Below, piece after piece: positions 1-9,717 of a stretch of 64,000 nt of DNA. The notes under the pieces were generated by a model. The model had not been told where the DNA came from, did no database searches, and saw only the letters and a list, made by a program, of their open reading frames with translations. Every line of letters begins with the position of its first letter. Position 1 is the first letter of the stretch. A program made the translations under genes and the position numbers. The stretch lies in contig CP136572.1 in NCBI GenBank assembly GCA_035193785.1, positions 1,280,001 to 1,344,000 of the forward strand. The letters run 5' to 3'. The stretch is from Planktothrix sp. GU0601_MAG3. Its GTDB lineage: Bacteria; Cyanobacteriota; Cyanobacteriia; Cyanobacteriales; Microcoleaceae.

Positions 1-264
1 ACCATCAACTTCTCGACGCAGTACCCCCACCTGAATCAGCCATAACAGGGTATTTTCTGCGGCTAGTTCCGTGAGAGCCACACGGGTATAGGCAGAACTG
101 ACCCCAGACTCCCCCGCCATTGCAGTCAGACTAACACTGTTAAACCTGATCGTGGTGAACAGTGACAGTTGAAAGGGAGAACACCGAATTGCCCGTTCTG
201 CCCGTTTCAAGGTGCGTTCAGAATATTCAATTGAAGACTTACCTGGAGATTCCAAAACGGTCAT
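1..264 (-). CDS. Conserved cyanobacterial hypothetical protein (Npun_F0494-like), 3' end outside window
   Basis: Manual translation from ATG at 264: MTVLESPGKSSIEYSERTLKRAERAIRCSPFQLSLF...LLWLIQVGVLRREVDG. The frame stays open to the window edge. Confidence 0.65.
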   Translation of the reverse strand, partial: MTVLESPGKSSIEYSERTLKRAERAIRCSPFQLSLFTTIRFNSVSLTAMAGESGVSSAYTRVALTELAAENTLLWLIQVGVLRREVDG

Positions 265-315
265 AACGCTGGTATGGGATAACGTTCTTTTTTTTACTGT
301 ATCCCAGATGAAGGG

Positions 316-550
316 TTAAGAGCGAAAGAATTGATGGCGATATAACACCATCTCACCGTGGTCGGGAAACCCAAGCCACCCATTCATCCTCCGTCACCTG
401 ACATAAAAGCAACGCCTGATCATGGCTATAGGGATTGGGTTTTTCCCGCATCTGTACCCAGGTAAAGGGATTAAATTCCGAAGTATACCCCACAATAGGT
501 TGCCATTGGGGTTGAGTCTCCGTATTCGCTTGTTTGAGATGAAGTTTCAT
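316..550 (-). CDS. Small conserved cyanobacterial hypothetical protein, apparent +1 frameshift at ~368
   Basis: ORF 353..550 ends ALLLCQVTEDEWVAWV. Removing one base from GAAAC at 366-370 continues it as PDHGEMVLYRHQFFRS to the stop at 316. Confidence 0.6.
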
Positions 551-922
551 AATTTTTTGTCCCTTGTCAACCGTTGATGCTCAAGTTCTAGGGTTCTGAA
601 CCTGATAAATAAAATTATTTCTGTATTCAGAGTTACATAATTATCAATACAATCCCAGTTTCTGTTGCATAACTTAATGGTTGCTATACTATTAGGGCGG
701 AGTTTAACCACAGGGATGCTAAGGATTACCGCCACAACATAACGATAATCGGAGGCTAGACTGCCAGCCATCGGGAGAATCAGAGAAGTTGTCAAGAGTT
801 TTTCCTGAGAACTCAGTGTAATTACGGAATATAGTTGATATACTTGAACTACGAAGGCAGTTTTGTTATCGTTGGCTGCCCTGGTTGAAGAATTTGAGGT
901 TTAATTAGGGGGTAAAACGATT

Positions 923-1144
923 ATGGTTTCTAGCCTAACATTAAAAAAAACAATCCCATGGGTTAGCTGTCTGCCCTTAAGTATGGCTCTAGTTTTCACA
1001 TTAGGGGCAGAGTTCGAGACGACTGCCCAGGTCAATCTTGCTCAGTTGTATAAACACCTGGACACCTCGCAGTTAATCTGTGAATATGTCCCTGACAATA
1101 TGGGGCCCCCCCCGGCGGGAGACGGTTCAGGTTCTCGGACTTAA
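923..1144 (+). CDS. Small putative secreted peptide with C-terminal YVPDNMGPPPAGDGSGSRT (PatX/DUF928-like motif)
   Basis: 73 aa with a basic then hydrophobic N-terminus and a Pro/Gly-rich GSGSR C-terminus. AGGGGG lies upstream as a possible RBS. Confidence 0.55.
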   Translation: MVSSLTLKKTIPWVSCLPLSMALVFTLGAEFETTAQVNLAQLYKHLDTSQLICEYVPDNMGPPPAGDGSGSRT

Positions 1145-2854
1145 TCTAAAACTGGCGAAGATTTCCAGATTTGGTTTTTTTGAATTAGGGTATGTACTTG
1201 CCAGTTTGGGTCTGACTGCGGGTAATCTTGTCGATAATGACCCCCACGACTTTCGAGGCGAAACGCCGCACTCTTCAAAATTAACTCCCCAATACTCAGC
1301 AAGTTATGGGTTTCCCCCCACTGTTTTAGGTCGCCGTGGGCGATTTCTTGTATTTCCATTTCAGCCGAAGAATTCGGATGTAGAGTCGATAAAAATTGGC
1401 TGATGGGTAAGGCTAAAAATTCTTCTGACCATGCTTCCACCTGCATTAATCCCTCCTGCAAATGATCGGACTGGCGACATATCCCCGCACTCCGCCAGAG
1501 AACATCTGGCAACTGCGATCTAATGGTTTTAATTCTAGCATATTGTTCTTGCCATTGGGCGGCGGGTGACACCCTCTGGGATACGGGAGCAGCCCCCCCC
1601 ACAAACGATTCAGTTTCAGCAAAATTGAGATTTTCAATTAATGCCATTTGAGCCCCGAACACTAAACATTCTAGCAAAGAATTACTCGCTAAACGGTTCG
1701 CCCCGTGCACTCCCGTACTGGCAGTTTCACCCACGGCATAAAGTCCGGGGATAGAAGTTTGACTTTGGTTATCGGTAACAATACCCCCCATCCAATAATG
1801 GGCGGCGGGGGTAACGGGAATTGGTTCATGGAGAATATCAACCCCCCACTGTTGACAGACCTGAATAATATTCGGAAATCGATACTGGATTTTCTCAGAT
1901 GGAATTGACCGTAAATCTAACCAAACCTGGTCAGTATTAGCCCCTGGGATTTGCCGTAATTTTTGTAAATGGCTAAAAATTGCCCGACTCACAATATCTC
2001 TGGGGGCTAATTCTCCCCGGTCGTCATAATCAAATACAAATCTGTGCCCCTGGGAATCAATCAGGTGGGCACCTTCCCCCCGTACCGCCTCACTAATTAA
2101 AAATCGGGGTGCCCCGGGTTTGGTTAGGGCCGTGGGGTGAAACTGGAAAAACTCTAAATCTCGGAGTAGTGCTCCCGCTCTCCAAGCCATCGCCACCCCG
2201 TCCCCGGTACTTACGGCCGGGTTGGTGGTATGGGCAAAGACTTGACCTCCTCCTCCGGTTGCCAAGACAACGGCCTTGGCCTTCACCCAACAAATATGAC
2301 TGTTATGAATTAAGCTGACTCCCTGACACCGTTGACCCGAGGCATCCATCCATAAATCCAGGGCAAAGGCGGGGGAAATAATTTTAATATTCGGTCTTTC
2401 TAAAACTCTTTCTGTCAGGGTTGTAATTACTGCACGTCCGGTTGTATCGGCGGCGTGTAGGACTCGGTGGCGGGAGTGGGCGGCTTCTAAGGTGAGGGCT
2501 AACTGACTTTGGTGGCGGTCAAAAGCTACTCCTAATTCGACTAAACGCTGAATACATTCGGGGGCGTGATTCACCAGAAACTCCACCGCCGACCGTTTCA
2601 CATAACCCCGCCCCGGCCTTTAAGGTATCTTCTAAATGCAAACTGGGAGAGTCATCGGTTGAAATCGCTGCTGCAATGCCTCCTTGGGCCCAATCACTGG
2701 CGGACATGGGTAAAACATCTTTACTGACTAAGCCAATGCTCAAATGTTCGGGTAAACAAAGGGCGGTATATAATCCGGCTGCCCCGGTTCCCACTACCAA
2801 TACATCAAAGGTTAGGGGAAACTCGGACGGGAAGGAAAGATCAGTGGAGGTCAT
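1141..2854 (-). CDS. nadB: L-aspartate oxidase (split by frameshift at ~2597)
   Basis: FAD motif VVGTGAAGL and SDWAQGGIAA in 2519..2854; FQFHPT, LISEAVRGEG, HYWMGG and HGANRLASNSLLE in 1141..2601. The join reads GLCERSAVEF. Confidence 0.95.
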
Positions 2855-3085
2855 GGGTCAGTGCCAGAATCAAGGGTTGGTTTCAAGTCCAGACGGATTT
2901 CAACAGATTAAACTAACTTTAAGGATTATGTTAACTTTTTAAGTCTGTTGGCATAATCCTAGCATTCTGACCTGGGAATCGCAGGATGCAAGCCCTAAAT
3001 TCATTCATGGGGCAGGGACGCGCCAATCGCCTAAGGGCATCGCTTCGCACTTGGCACGTCTCTACACTAAATTTCAGCAAATAGC

Positions 3086-3517
3086 CTAGTCGTAGGCCCC
3101 AACATTTAACCGTTGGTCGCCTTCAATAAATACGGATTCTGGAGGCGTTACGGTAAAGTTATCTAAATTCTTTTGCAGAATTTCTTTTTGTTTTTCTGTC
3201 AAACCAGAAATTTTCAATACATCTTCCACGGAATTATAGGGAGCATTCTTAATAATGACTGACCCTAATTTCGGAAACATTCCTTTATATTGACGAAAAT
3301 CTCGCAGGTCGCTATTATTTAAGTCCAATTTATTGCGAACTGTGGCCATTTTTTCGTCAACCCGATTTTTCCGAGGGGCTTCCGTTGCTAAGATCGGGGA
3401 AATCACCCCATACTGCATCACATTCAAGTTTGCAGCCAAAACATTCTGATGTCCAGTCCCTGCGAAGCAACCGACTATCAAAACTAACACAGCCAACAGG
3501 CGACTCAATCGTTTCAT
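3086..3517 (-). CDS. psbU: Photosystem II 12 kDa extrinsic protein PsbU
   Basis: Signal peptide, then KLDLNNS..FRQYKGMFPKL..IIKNAPYNSVEDVL..GLTEKQK..FTV..GDQRLN. Start placed at MKRLSRLL. Confidence 0.93.
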   Translation of the reverse strand: MKRLSRLLAVLVLIVGCFAGTGHQNVLAANLNVMQYGVISPILATEAPRKNRVDEKMATVRNKLDLNNSDLRDFRQYKGMFPKLGSVIIKNAPYNSVEDVLKISGLTEKQKEILQKNLDNFTVTPPESVFIEGDQRLNVGAYD

Positions 3518-4129
3518 CAACGCTTTTCTCCCAACTGACATAAACAGCATTTACAAGAATTTGATATTTTCAGGCTTAGTAGCAGACTGCATTTTACCAT
3601 CTTAAGAACCCCCACTTCTGTAGCAAAGTTCAATAGAAAAACTTGCCGATCTCCTAGCTAAAAACCCGGGATTTGGACATGATCTCAAATCACAGTTCAG
3701 TTTATGCTGTTGTCAAGCTTTTCCGCTTTTATGTAAAATTTCTTAAAATTTGTTAACAGTTGGGGAGAAGGGAAATTCAGTATTCCATCTCTATCGGTCT
3801 CTACAAAATGAGTAAATATAACTTAAACTTATGTTTATCTGTTTATGGTTTGGAATTTTAAAATTAAATCAATTTTTTCGACTAATTTTGTCAAGAGGTT
3901 ATTGAATTCCATTTGCAACTATTGACGAAATTACGGGGTTTGGTGCTATAATACAAAAAAAATAGTCTGGGGAAGTATGGCTTGCTTAAAAAATAGGGGT
4001 GAATAAACCCGCTCTTTCGTGTAATCTCAATGTTACAACCTCTGTTATTTTCCGATCTTTTGGACAAATTTTTTCGGGGCTAGGTTGGGAACCTCGGGGC
4101 TGGGCTTGACAAAAACAAGGTTTTGTGTA

Positions 4130-6514
4130 TCATAGCCATTTTCGCTGTTTTAAGCGTTTCCAATGGGATGATTTTAAATTGATTAATAATTGTCGCATTT
4201 GTTGGAGGTTAACCGACTTTCCACCATAGCGCCAACCCACATAGGCTTGGGAGATTTCATCAATAACTTCAGCTTCGGAAATCGAATGATATTGGTGTAG
4301 CCAGGACACATATTCTAAAGGAGTTTGGGTGGGGGATTTGGGGTAGCCGTTGCGGGCTAAAACCTGTAAAAGTTGTTGATAGAGACTTTCTTCCGGGGGT
4401 AATTTGGCTAACCAGCGACGATAGCGCCAACCTCGCCACAAATCCCAACTTAACCAGCCGAAAAATGCCATAATTGTTGTGATGATTAATCCGCTAAAAA
4501 TCCCTAACCATCCTTGGGTAAAGAGATTAAAAAACCAGCGAATAACTTGCAATATCCCTAAAATTAAATTACCTAAAATCGCTTGTAATCCATTCGCCAC
4601 GGTCGAAGGTAGCCAACCTGCTACCCAATTCCAAAAGGCTTTTAAGGCACTAAAGGTTTGGTCTTCTTCCACCGAGGGAGGAATTAAATCCATCCCGGGA
4701 ATGGGGTTAAAAGCAAACCAACCATATTCGGGGAAATATACCTCCGTCATGGCAAAAGCATCGGTATTTTTAACCACATATAATCCTGTAAAGGGATTAA
4801 ATTCCCCCGGGTCAAACCCCGCCACCAGTCGCGCCGGAATCCCAATTGAACGTAACATCATGGTTAAAACCGTGGAAAAATGATCGGGGTAGCCTCCGGT
4901 AATTTTTTTCCCGGCGGGACTATCTTGATACCCAAATAGAAAGGCTTCTACTAAGTCTTCATTTTTTCTTAAAAACGGCGGTTCTTCTTGTAATTTATAG
5001 TTAGGGTTTTGTTTGAGATACTGGGCTAAATATAAGGCTTTTTCATAATTGGACTCTAGGGGTTTTTTGTTCTGGGCGACTTGATTTACACTGGCTAAAA
5101 TTTCTTCCGTTTTTTTTCTAACTTTTTCTTGAATTTGATCGGGAACTTGTAAATAGTATTTTTTGATTCCTTGAGGATAGTTTTTAGAGGTGGCTTGTAA
5201 TTGCGCCCGATTGCGTAGGGGAACTTGAGAAACCACCGTGTAGGTCATGCCCTCTCGTAATTCTAAAGGCGATCGCAAATTGCCATCGGGATCAATCGCC
5301 ACTTCCTCCGTCGGGAAATAGAGTTCTTTCGGTTTACTCATCGCCGGAATTAAACTAGGAAGCTGTTGAAGCACGGTATAACTTTGAATTACTTCTTGGG
5401 TTTTTGCATTAGTAATTATCGGAAATAAATCAAATTGATACGACCAACGGGAACGTTTTAAAGTGGTCGCCTTATTATTTCGAGAAATTTCCCATCCCTG
5501 TCCGGTATATTGATCAAAAGCCACCACCCGCCAAAATCCCCTGGCTTGCGATCGCACTCTTAATACTTCTTTAGGCTTTAAATTGCCTCGCAAATTCTGA
5601 TTAATTTTGGTATTGAATCCATAATAGAAGGTATCATTGAGAGTTCCTGCACCCGTTTCCTGATTTAATCCCGTGCCACCCCCGCCGGGGTTATTCGGAT
5701 CACTATTTCCCGAAGACACATAACCGGGATTCAAGATTCGTTGTCCATTAAATTGTCCGGGGGGCATATCAATGGGAGCACTGACCGGAAAAGTTCTTAA
5801 CTGATAGCTGGGAAACCGAGGGAGAACCATAAAAATAGTGAGTCCCAATCCCACAACCACTAAAAAAATAATTCCTAAAGACTTAAAATTGACTCCGCTT
5901 CCGGGTTGCTGGGGTGTTTTTTTGGAGTTAAATTGAATATCCCCCAATCCTAAACGAGAACGATAATCTAAAATTAACGTTGGTAAAGCTAAAGCCAAAA
6001 ACACTAACACCACAGGCCCAAAAGCCAAGGTTTGACTGAGAGTTCCCGCTACTCCCATTAAAATTAATCCAATCACCATCGAATAGCCTAAATCTTTCCG
6101 CCGGGGTAAATCAAAACTGTGTAAAACCTGTAATTCTATTAATAATCTCGCTAAGGCCAACCGCGTATCATTCGTTTCCCCAAAAAGTCGCCCAAAAAAT
6201 ACAACCAGGGCAACTAACATCCCAATAGCAATACAAAATTTAACAGGCACATTGCGATGGGAACGACGAAACCAACTCCAAGTTGCTCCGACAATGCTAA
6301 CCGGAATAGCCCATAAATTCAGGGGTTCCTCAATGGCAACATCCGTGGCAATAATCCCAGCAATCACTAACAACTGCACCAATACCCGCAGCCAAAAGGA
6401 ATCTTCAGGGATTGGCTTGGGCATGGCTTCAATCCGTCGCCATAATTGACTAATCACAGGGATTGAATTTGTCATCGTTTCGGCTTGAGGATTAGGGGGG
6501 GTTAAAGGCTCCAC
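4130..6514 (-). CDS. Membrane transglutaminase-like protein (DUF3488 / TGase / DUF4129 architecture)
   Basis: Multi-TM N-terminus; GYPDHFSTVLTMMLRSIGIPARLVAGF and AFAMTEVYFPEYGWFAFNP core; C-terminal TPLEY motif. Confidence 0.85.
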   Translation of the reverse strand: MEPLTPPNPQAETMTNSIPVISQLWRRIEAMPKPIPEDSFWLRVLVQLLVIAGIIATDVAIEEPLNLWAIPVSIVGATWSWFRRSHRNVPVKFCIAIGMLVALVVFFGRLFGETNDTRLALARLLIELQVLHSFDLPRRKDLGYSMVIGLILMGVAGTLSQTLAFGPVVLVFLALALPTLILDYRSRLGLGDIQFNSKKTPQQPGSGVNFKSLGIIFLVVVGLGLTIFMVLPRFPSYQLRTFPVSAPIDMPPGQFNGQRILNPGYVSSGNSDPNNPGGGGTGLNQETGAGTLNDTFYYGFNTKINQNLRGNLKPKEVLRVRSQARGFWRVVAFDQYTGQGWEISRNNKATTLKRSRWSYQFDLFPIITNAKTQEVIQSYTVLQQLPSLIPAMSKPKELYFPTEEVAIDPDGNLRSPLELREGMTYTVVSQVPLRNRAQLQATSKNYPQGIKKYYLQVPDQIQEKVRKKTEEILASVNQVAQNKKPLESNYEKALYLAQYLKQNPNYKLQEEPPFLRKNEDLVEAFLFGYQDSPAGKKITGGYPDHFSTVLTMMLRSIGIPARLVAGFDPGEFNPFTGLYVVKNTDAFAMTEVYFPEYGWFAFNPIPGMDLIPPSVEEDQTFSALKAFWNWVAGWLPSTVANGLQAILGNLILGILQVIRWFFNLFTQGWLGIFSGLIITTIMAFFGWLSWDLWRGWRYRRWLAKLPPEESLYQQLLQVLARNGYPKSPTQTPLEYVSWLHQYHSISEAEVIDEISQAYVGWRYGGKSVNLQQMRQLLINLKSSHWKRLKQRKWL

Positions 6515-6565
6515 CCTACTCTAACTTAATCTGACCTAAACTTCAATCTGTTGTTGTTGTTCCCC

Positions 6566-6618
6566 ATTCGTAATTCGTAATTCGTAATTCGTAATTCGTA
6601 ATTCGTAATTCGTAATTC
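6566..6618. repeat. Short tandem heptamer repeat (ATTCGTA)n, cyanobacterial STRR type
   Basis: About 7 perfect copies. The same unit recurs at ~14424-14455, ~39102-39128, ~54985-55008 and ~55507-55549. Confidence 0.95.
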
Positions 6619-6619
6619 C

Positions 6620-7657
6620 CTATTCCCTGTTCCCTATTATTGCAAAACAGAGGGGATTTTGCTCCTCGCTATCCAATAAAACATGAAGTCGATAAATTTG
6701 GTTCGGTTTTGGGTTAATCAATTCCAGGGGTAAACATCCGGGGGAATTGCGTTTTGCCATTACTGATCTGTCATTTCCTAGGAGTTGTAAACGTCCGCCA
6801 TCGGGAAGTTTAGCCCGGATTTTTAAACTTGTCCCAGACTCAGTTTCAACATAGTCTACATCAACGGTGAATAGCCCTAAAGTTGTTAACCATTCCTGAT
6901 GAACCGTCGATTGATTCAAACGACAATTTAAGGTTAAAGTATTCAGAAGTTCCTGAGTGGCTAACAATAACAACACCATTTGTTGTTCAGGAGTCGCTGT
7001 TTCATAACAGGGTTGGGACTCCCTTAAATCTAAAGAGCCCCGTAAAGACCCTCGAATCACCAAACCCGCTAATTCATTCAAGGGTTGGGACTCGTTGGGA
7101 AATAAGGTTTCCACCGCCTGAACTAATTTGGCTCCTTCTCGCAGGCCAGATTGTAACAGGGTAAACACAGGAGCCAGTAACTGAGCAAAAACCTGATCGG
7201 GTAGGGGCATCGACCATCTCAATTGTTGTCGATGGGCCATCCACAAATGGGTAGCGGGAACCTGTTCTTCTCGAAACACGTCGGGGTACTCATTCAACAA
7301 GTCAGCACCGATCGGTTCCCACGGAAACAGGGGTGGGTTCCGTTGTATCCTGGCTTTGAGTTTTTCTCTTAACACGGTCTCAAATCGGTTTTTCACAATT
7401 TCTATCTCCCATAAGGGTAAATATTGACTTTCGGGGAGGAAAACCTGATCCTCAAAATCGAGGGGATCTAATTCATCCCACTCTAGGTTTTCCTCCTCAG
7501 AACTCCCATCGGTCTGTGTATGGGGGTTTAATCCCTCCTCAGCCGAATCCGAGGTAGGGACGGGGATACCCCGCCCATACAAGTCTTGTTGTAACAACCC
7601 GTCAAAGAATCGGCGTTCAAACGCTTGCTCGTCTTGGTTTGTTTCGTTATTCATCAC
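6620..7657 (-). CDS. patU: PatU-family protein (N- and C-terminal parts in one ORF)
   Basis: Contains RFETVLREKLKARIQRNPPLFPWE and LREGAKLVQAVETLFP, and overlaps the 3' end of hetZ as in the known hetZ-patU arrangement. Confidence 0.7.
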   Translation of the reverse strand: MMNNETNQDEQAFERRFFDGLLQQDLYGRGIPVPTSDSAEEGLNPHTQTDGSSEEENLEWDELDPLDFEDQVFLPESQYLPLWEIEIVKNRFETVLREKLKARIQRNPPLFPWEPIGADLLNEYPDVFREEQVPATHLWMAHRQQLRWSMPLPDQVFAQLLAPVFTLLQSGLREGAKLVQAVETLFPNESQPLNELAGLVIRGSLRGSLDLRESQPCYETATPEQQMVLLLLATQELLNTLTLNCRLNQSTVHQEWLTTLGLFTVDVDYVETESGTSLKIRAKLPDGGRLQLLGNDRSVMAKRNSPGCLPLELINPKPNQIYRLHVLLDSEEQNPLCFAIIGNRE

Positions 7658-8807
7658 TAGATGCCCCTGCTCCGGATACCGAATGATTCCTGATTTCCCA
7701 AGCCAATTCTAACAACTTAAACCAACGTTTTTGAATCTGAGCCGTTTTGCAATTTAAAACCTTAGCAATTTCGGCTTCGGATAATCCCTGCTGTTTTAAA
7801 CTTAATAAACGCTGTTCATTTGCCCCGATTTGATTTAAGAATTCCTGCCATTGATGGGGTAATAATCCTAAATCCCGTTCTAAATCTGCTTCTAACCATT
7901 GGTGAACTAATTCCCAACGGTGGCTTAAAGCAAATCGCAATAGATGGTACTTAAATCGTTGCTGTAAATAATCACGCTGACGAGGTGTTAATCCGAGAAT
8001 TTCCTCAATTTCACGGGTAGGTAAATCCTGTAACCGCAAGACGAAATAGTCAGCACAATCTTTTTGTTTGTGTTCTTCTAAATAGGCAATTAGTTCCTCT
8101 ACGACCGTTTCCCTGAGTGAGTCGGACTCTGATTCGTTCGACTCGATGACCATAGCAGCCCGAACTTGTCCGAGGGAGGAATCATGGTTATTAGTATCTG
8201 ATTCACTTCCTCCGCCCTGGGCGGCTAATTCTAAATCGACAAAACTTTCTTTAGGCTGTTGTTGAGAGAAGGTTTGCGCTCTTAAAATAATCAATTGTTG
8301 ACTCCGACCTCGGGCTAAGGGAATTCGCCGTTTACCGTAGCGTTCCGTAAATGCCATATATTCCGCTAGTTCTAACAAGGTTCGAGGACGATAAGTCGCC
8401 GGTAACTGTGCTTCTTTGCGAAAGGCATTGAGGGTTTCTAAATAAAAGGCTTGTAAAAAATCCCTGATTAATTCCAATCGAGCTTGATAACTGGACTGGA
8501 CTTGAGGAGGAGTAATATATCGATAAACAATCGCGCTCAAGGTACTATGTAATTCCAAAGACCCTTGTTTTGACCCTAGCTGATAATATTGAATACATTG
8601 CTGTAAACGATGTTGGGCTAGTGTCATTGCCCAGGTTTCCACATCCCCGGAATCTTGAATCCTTTTGCTTTCTGTACAAATGCGGGTGGCTTCTTCGGTA
8701 ATTCGTTCGGCTACATCCCGACAGTTTTGTTCAGATGCACGGGTGGATAGACTCAGTTCTCTCAATAGCCTTTGGAAAATGGTTTCGCCCCAGCAGATTT
8801 CCCCCAT
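7647..8807 (-). CDS. hetZ: HetZ-family regulator
   Basis: ASEQNCRDVAERI, ELHSTLSAIVYRYI, LAEYMAFTERYGKRRI and the HTH-like IEEILGLTPRQRDYLQQRFKYH. Confidence 0.85.
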   Translation of the reverse strand: MGEICWGETIFQRLLRELSLSTRASEQNCRDVAERITEEATRICTESKRIQDSGDVETWAMTLAQHRLQQCIQYYQLGSKQGSLELHSTLSAIVYRYITPPQVQSSYQARLELIRDFLQAFYLETLNAFRKEAQLPATYRPRTLLELAEYMAFTERYGKRRIPLARGRSQQLIILRAQTFSQQQPKESFVDLELAAQGGGSESDTNNHDSSLGQVRAAMVIESNESESDSLRETVVEELIAYLEEHKQKDCADYFVLRLQDLPTREIEEILGLTPRQRDYLQQRFKYHLLRFALSHRWELVHQWLEADLERDLGLLPHQWQEFLNQIGANEQRLLSLKQQGLSEAEIAKVLNCKTAQIQKRWFKLLELAWEIRNHSVSGAGASSDE

Positions 8808-8911
8808 GATGTCTAGTTATTACAATGACCCTAACACAGTGATTCTGTGGGTTGGCTTGGATTTCCGGATCGTTTTAATCAGTTATCAGTCATCAGTTAA
8901 CAGTTAACAGT

Positions 8912-8962
8912 GTAGAGATGTGCCATGGTGCAATGTAGAGACGTGCCATGGCGCGTCTGTAC
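8912..8962. repeat. REP-like 28-nt palindrome GTAGAGACGTGCCATGGCGCGTCTGTAC plus a partial upstream copy
   Basis: Imperfect palindrome at 8935-8962 with a partial copy from 8912. Related copies occur at 56719-56746 and 62919-62946. Confidence 0.8.
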
Positions 8963-9009
8963 CAGTTAACAATCTGTTAATATTCTTGATTCTTATTTTT
9001 TTTAATCCT

Positions 9010-9498
9010 ATGAATTTAGACCTACAAATTCAGTCTTTAATTGATCATGCTCCTCAAGATGGCACAACTCCTCAAATTGTGGAAGCGATCGCTCCTGCCT
9101 TAAAATTATTAGCAGAACAATTAGAACATCCCGAATATTATGTCTTACAAACTTTAGACCAAAGCTGGGTGGTTCAACCGTTTATTAATGTAGATCAACC
9201 GCAGATAAAAAAGAAAGTAATTTATGCTTTTTCTACCGTAGAAGATGCTTTGAATTATACGAATCCTGATGGGGATTCTCAGGTTTTGGCGATTCCTTTA
9301 CCCGTGACTCATATTTTGTTTCAAATGGTTGTTTTAGAAATGCCGGATAGTTTATGCTTTTTTGAAACGCCGAATAATTTTCAGTCAGCTACGGAAATTA
9401 AACGCAGTGAAATTCAAGAGTTAATTCAGGTTTATTTAAAGGACTATCAACAACGGCGTCAGTCTAAATCGCGTAAAATTCCGCCGAATATTGCTTAA
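9010..9498 (+). CDS. Conserved cyanobacterial hypothetical protein
   Basis: MNLDLQIQSLIDHAPQDGTTP...LEHPEYYVLQTLDQSWV...PVTHILFQ...PPNIA. Start moved past the palindromic repeat. Confidence 0.7.
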   Translation: MNLDLQIQSLIDHAPQDGTTPQIVEAIAPALKLLAEQLEHPEYYVLQTLDQSWVVQPFINVDQPQIKKKVIYAFSTVEDALNYTNPDGDSQVLAIPLPVTHILFQMVVLEMPDSLCFFETPNNFQSATEIKRSEIQELIQVYLKDYQQRRQSKSRKIPPNIA

Positions 9499-9501
9499 GA
9501 A

Positions 9502-9567
9502 GGGAACAGGGAATAGGGAACAGGCAACAGGCAAGAGGGAACAGGCAACAGGCAAGAGGGAACAGGG
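9502..9567. repeat. Tandem heptamer-derived repeat (GGAACAG/GCAACAG)
   Basis: gggaacagggaatagggaacaggcaacaggcaagagggaacaggcaacaggcaagagggaacagggg. Confidence 0.85.
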
Positions 9568-9601
9568 GCAATACTTCTGGCTGTTTCCTAAACCTGGAAA
9601 C

Positions 9602-9648
9602 GTTTCAATCCCTGATAGGGATTATAAGGTATTTCAATCCCTAATAGA
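9602..9648 (+). CRISPR. Single orphan CRISPR-repeat-like 37-mer with an overlapping partial second copy; no spacers, no cas genes
   Basis: GTTTCAATCCCTGATAGGGATTATAAGGTATTTCAAT (9602-9638) has an ATCCC/GGGAT hairpin, and its 3' end begins TTTCAATCCCTAATAG again. It resembles cyanobacterial 37-nt GTTTCAATCCC repeats (type I-D-like). Confidence 0.5.
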
Positions 9649-9717
9649 TAAACTGTTTAGACCGCCAAAACCCCCTTCTATTTTGAACAGCTATAGGTTA
9701 TGGGAAATTCAGCCCCA

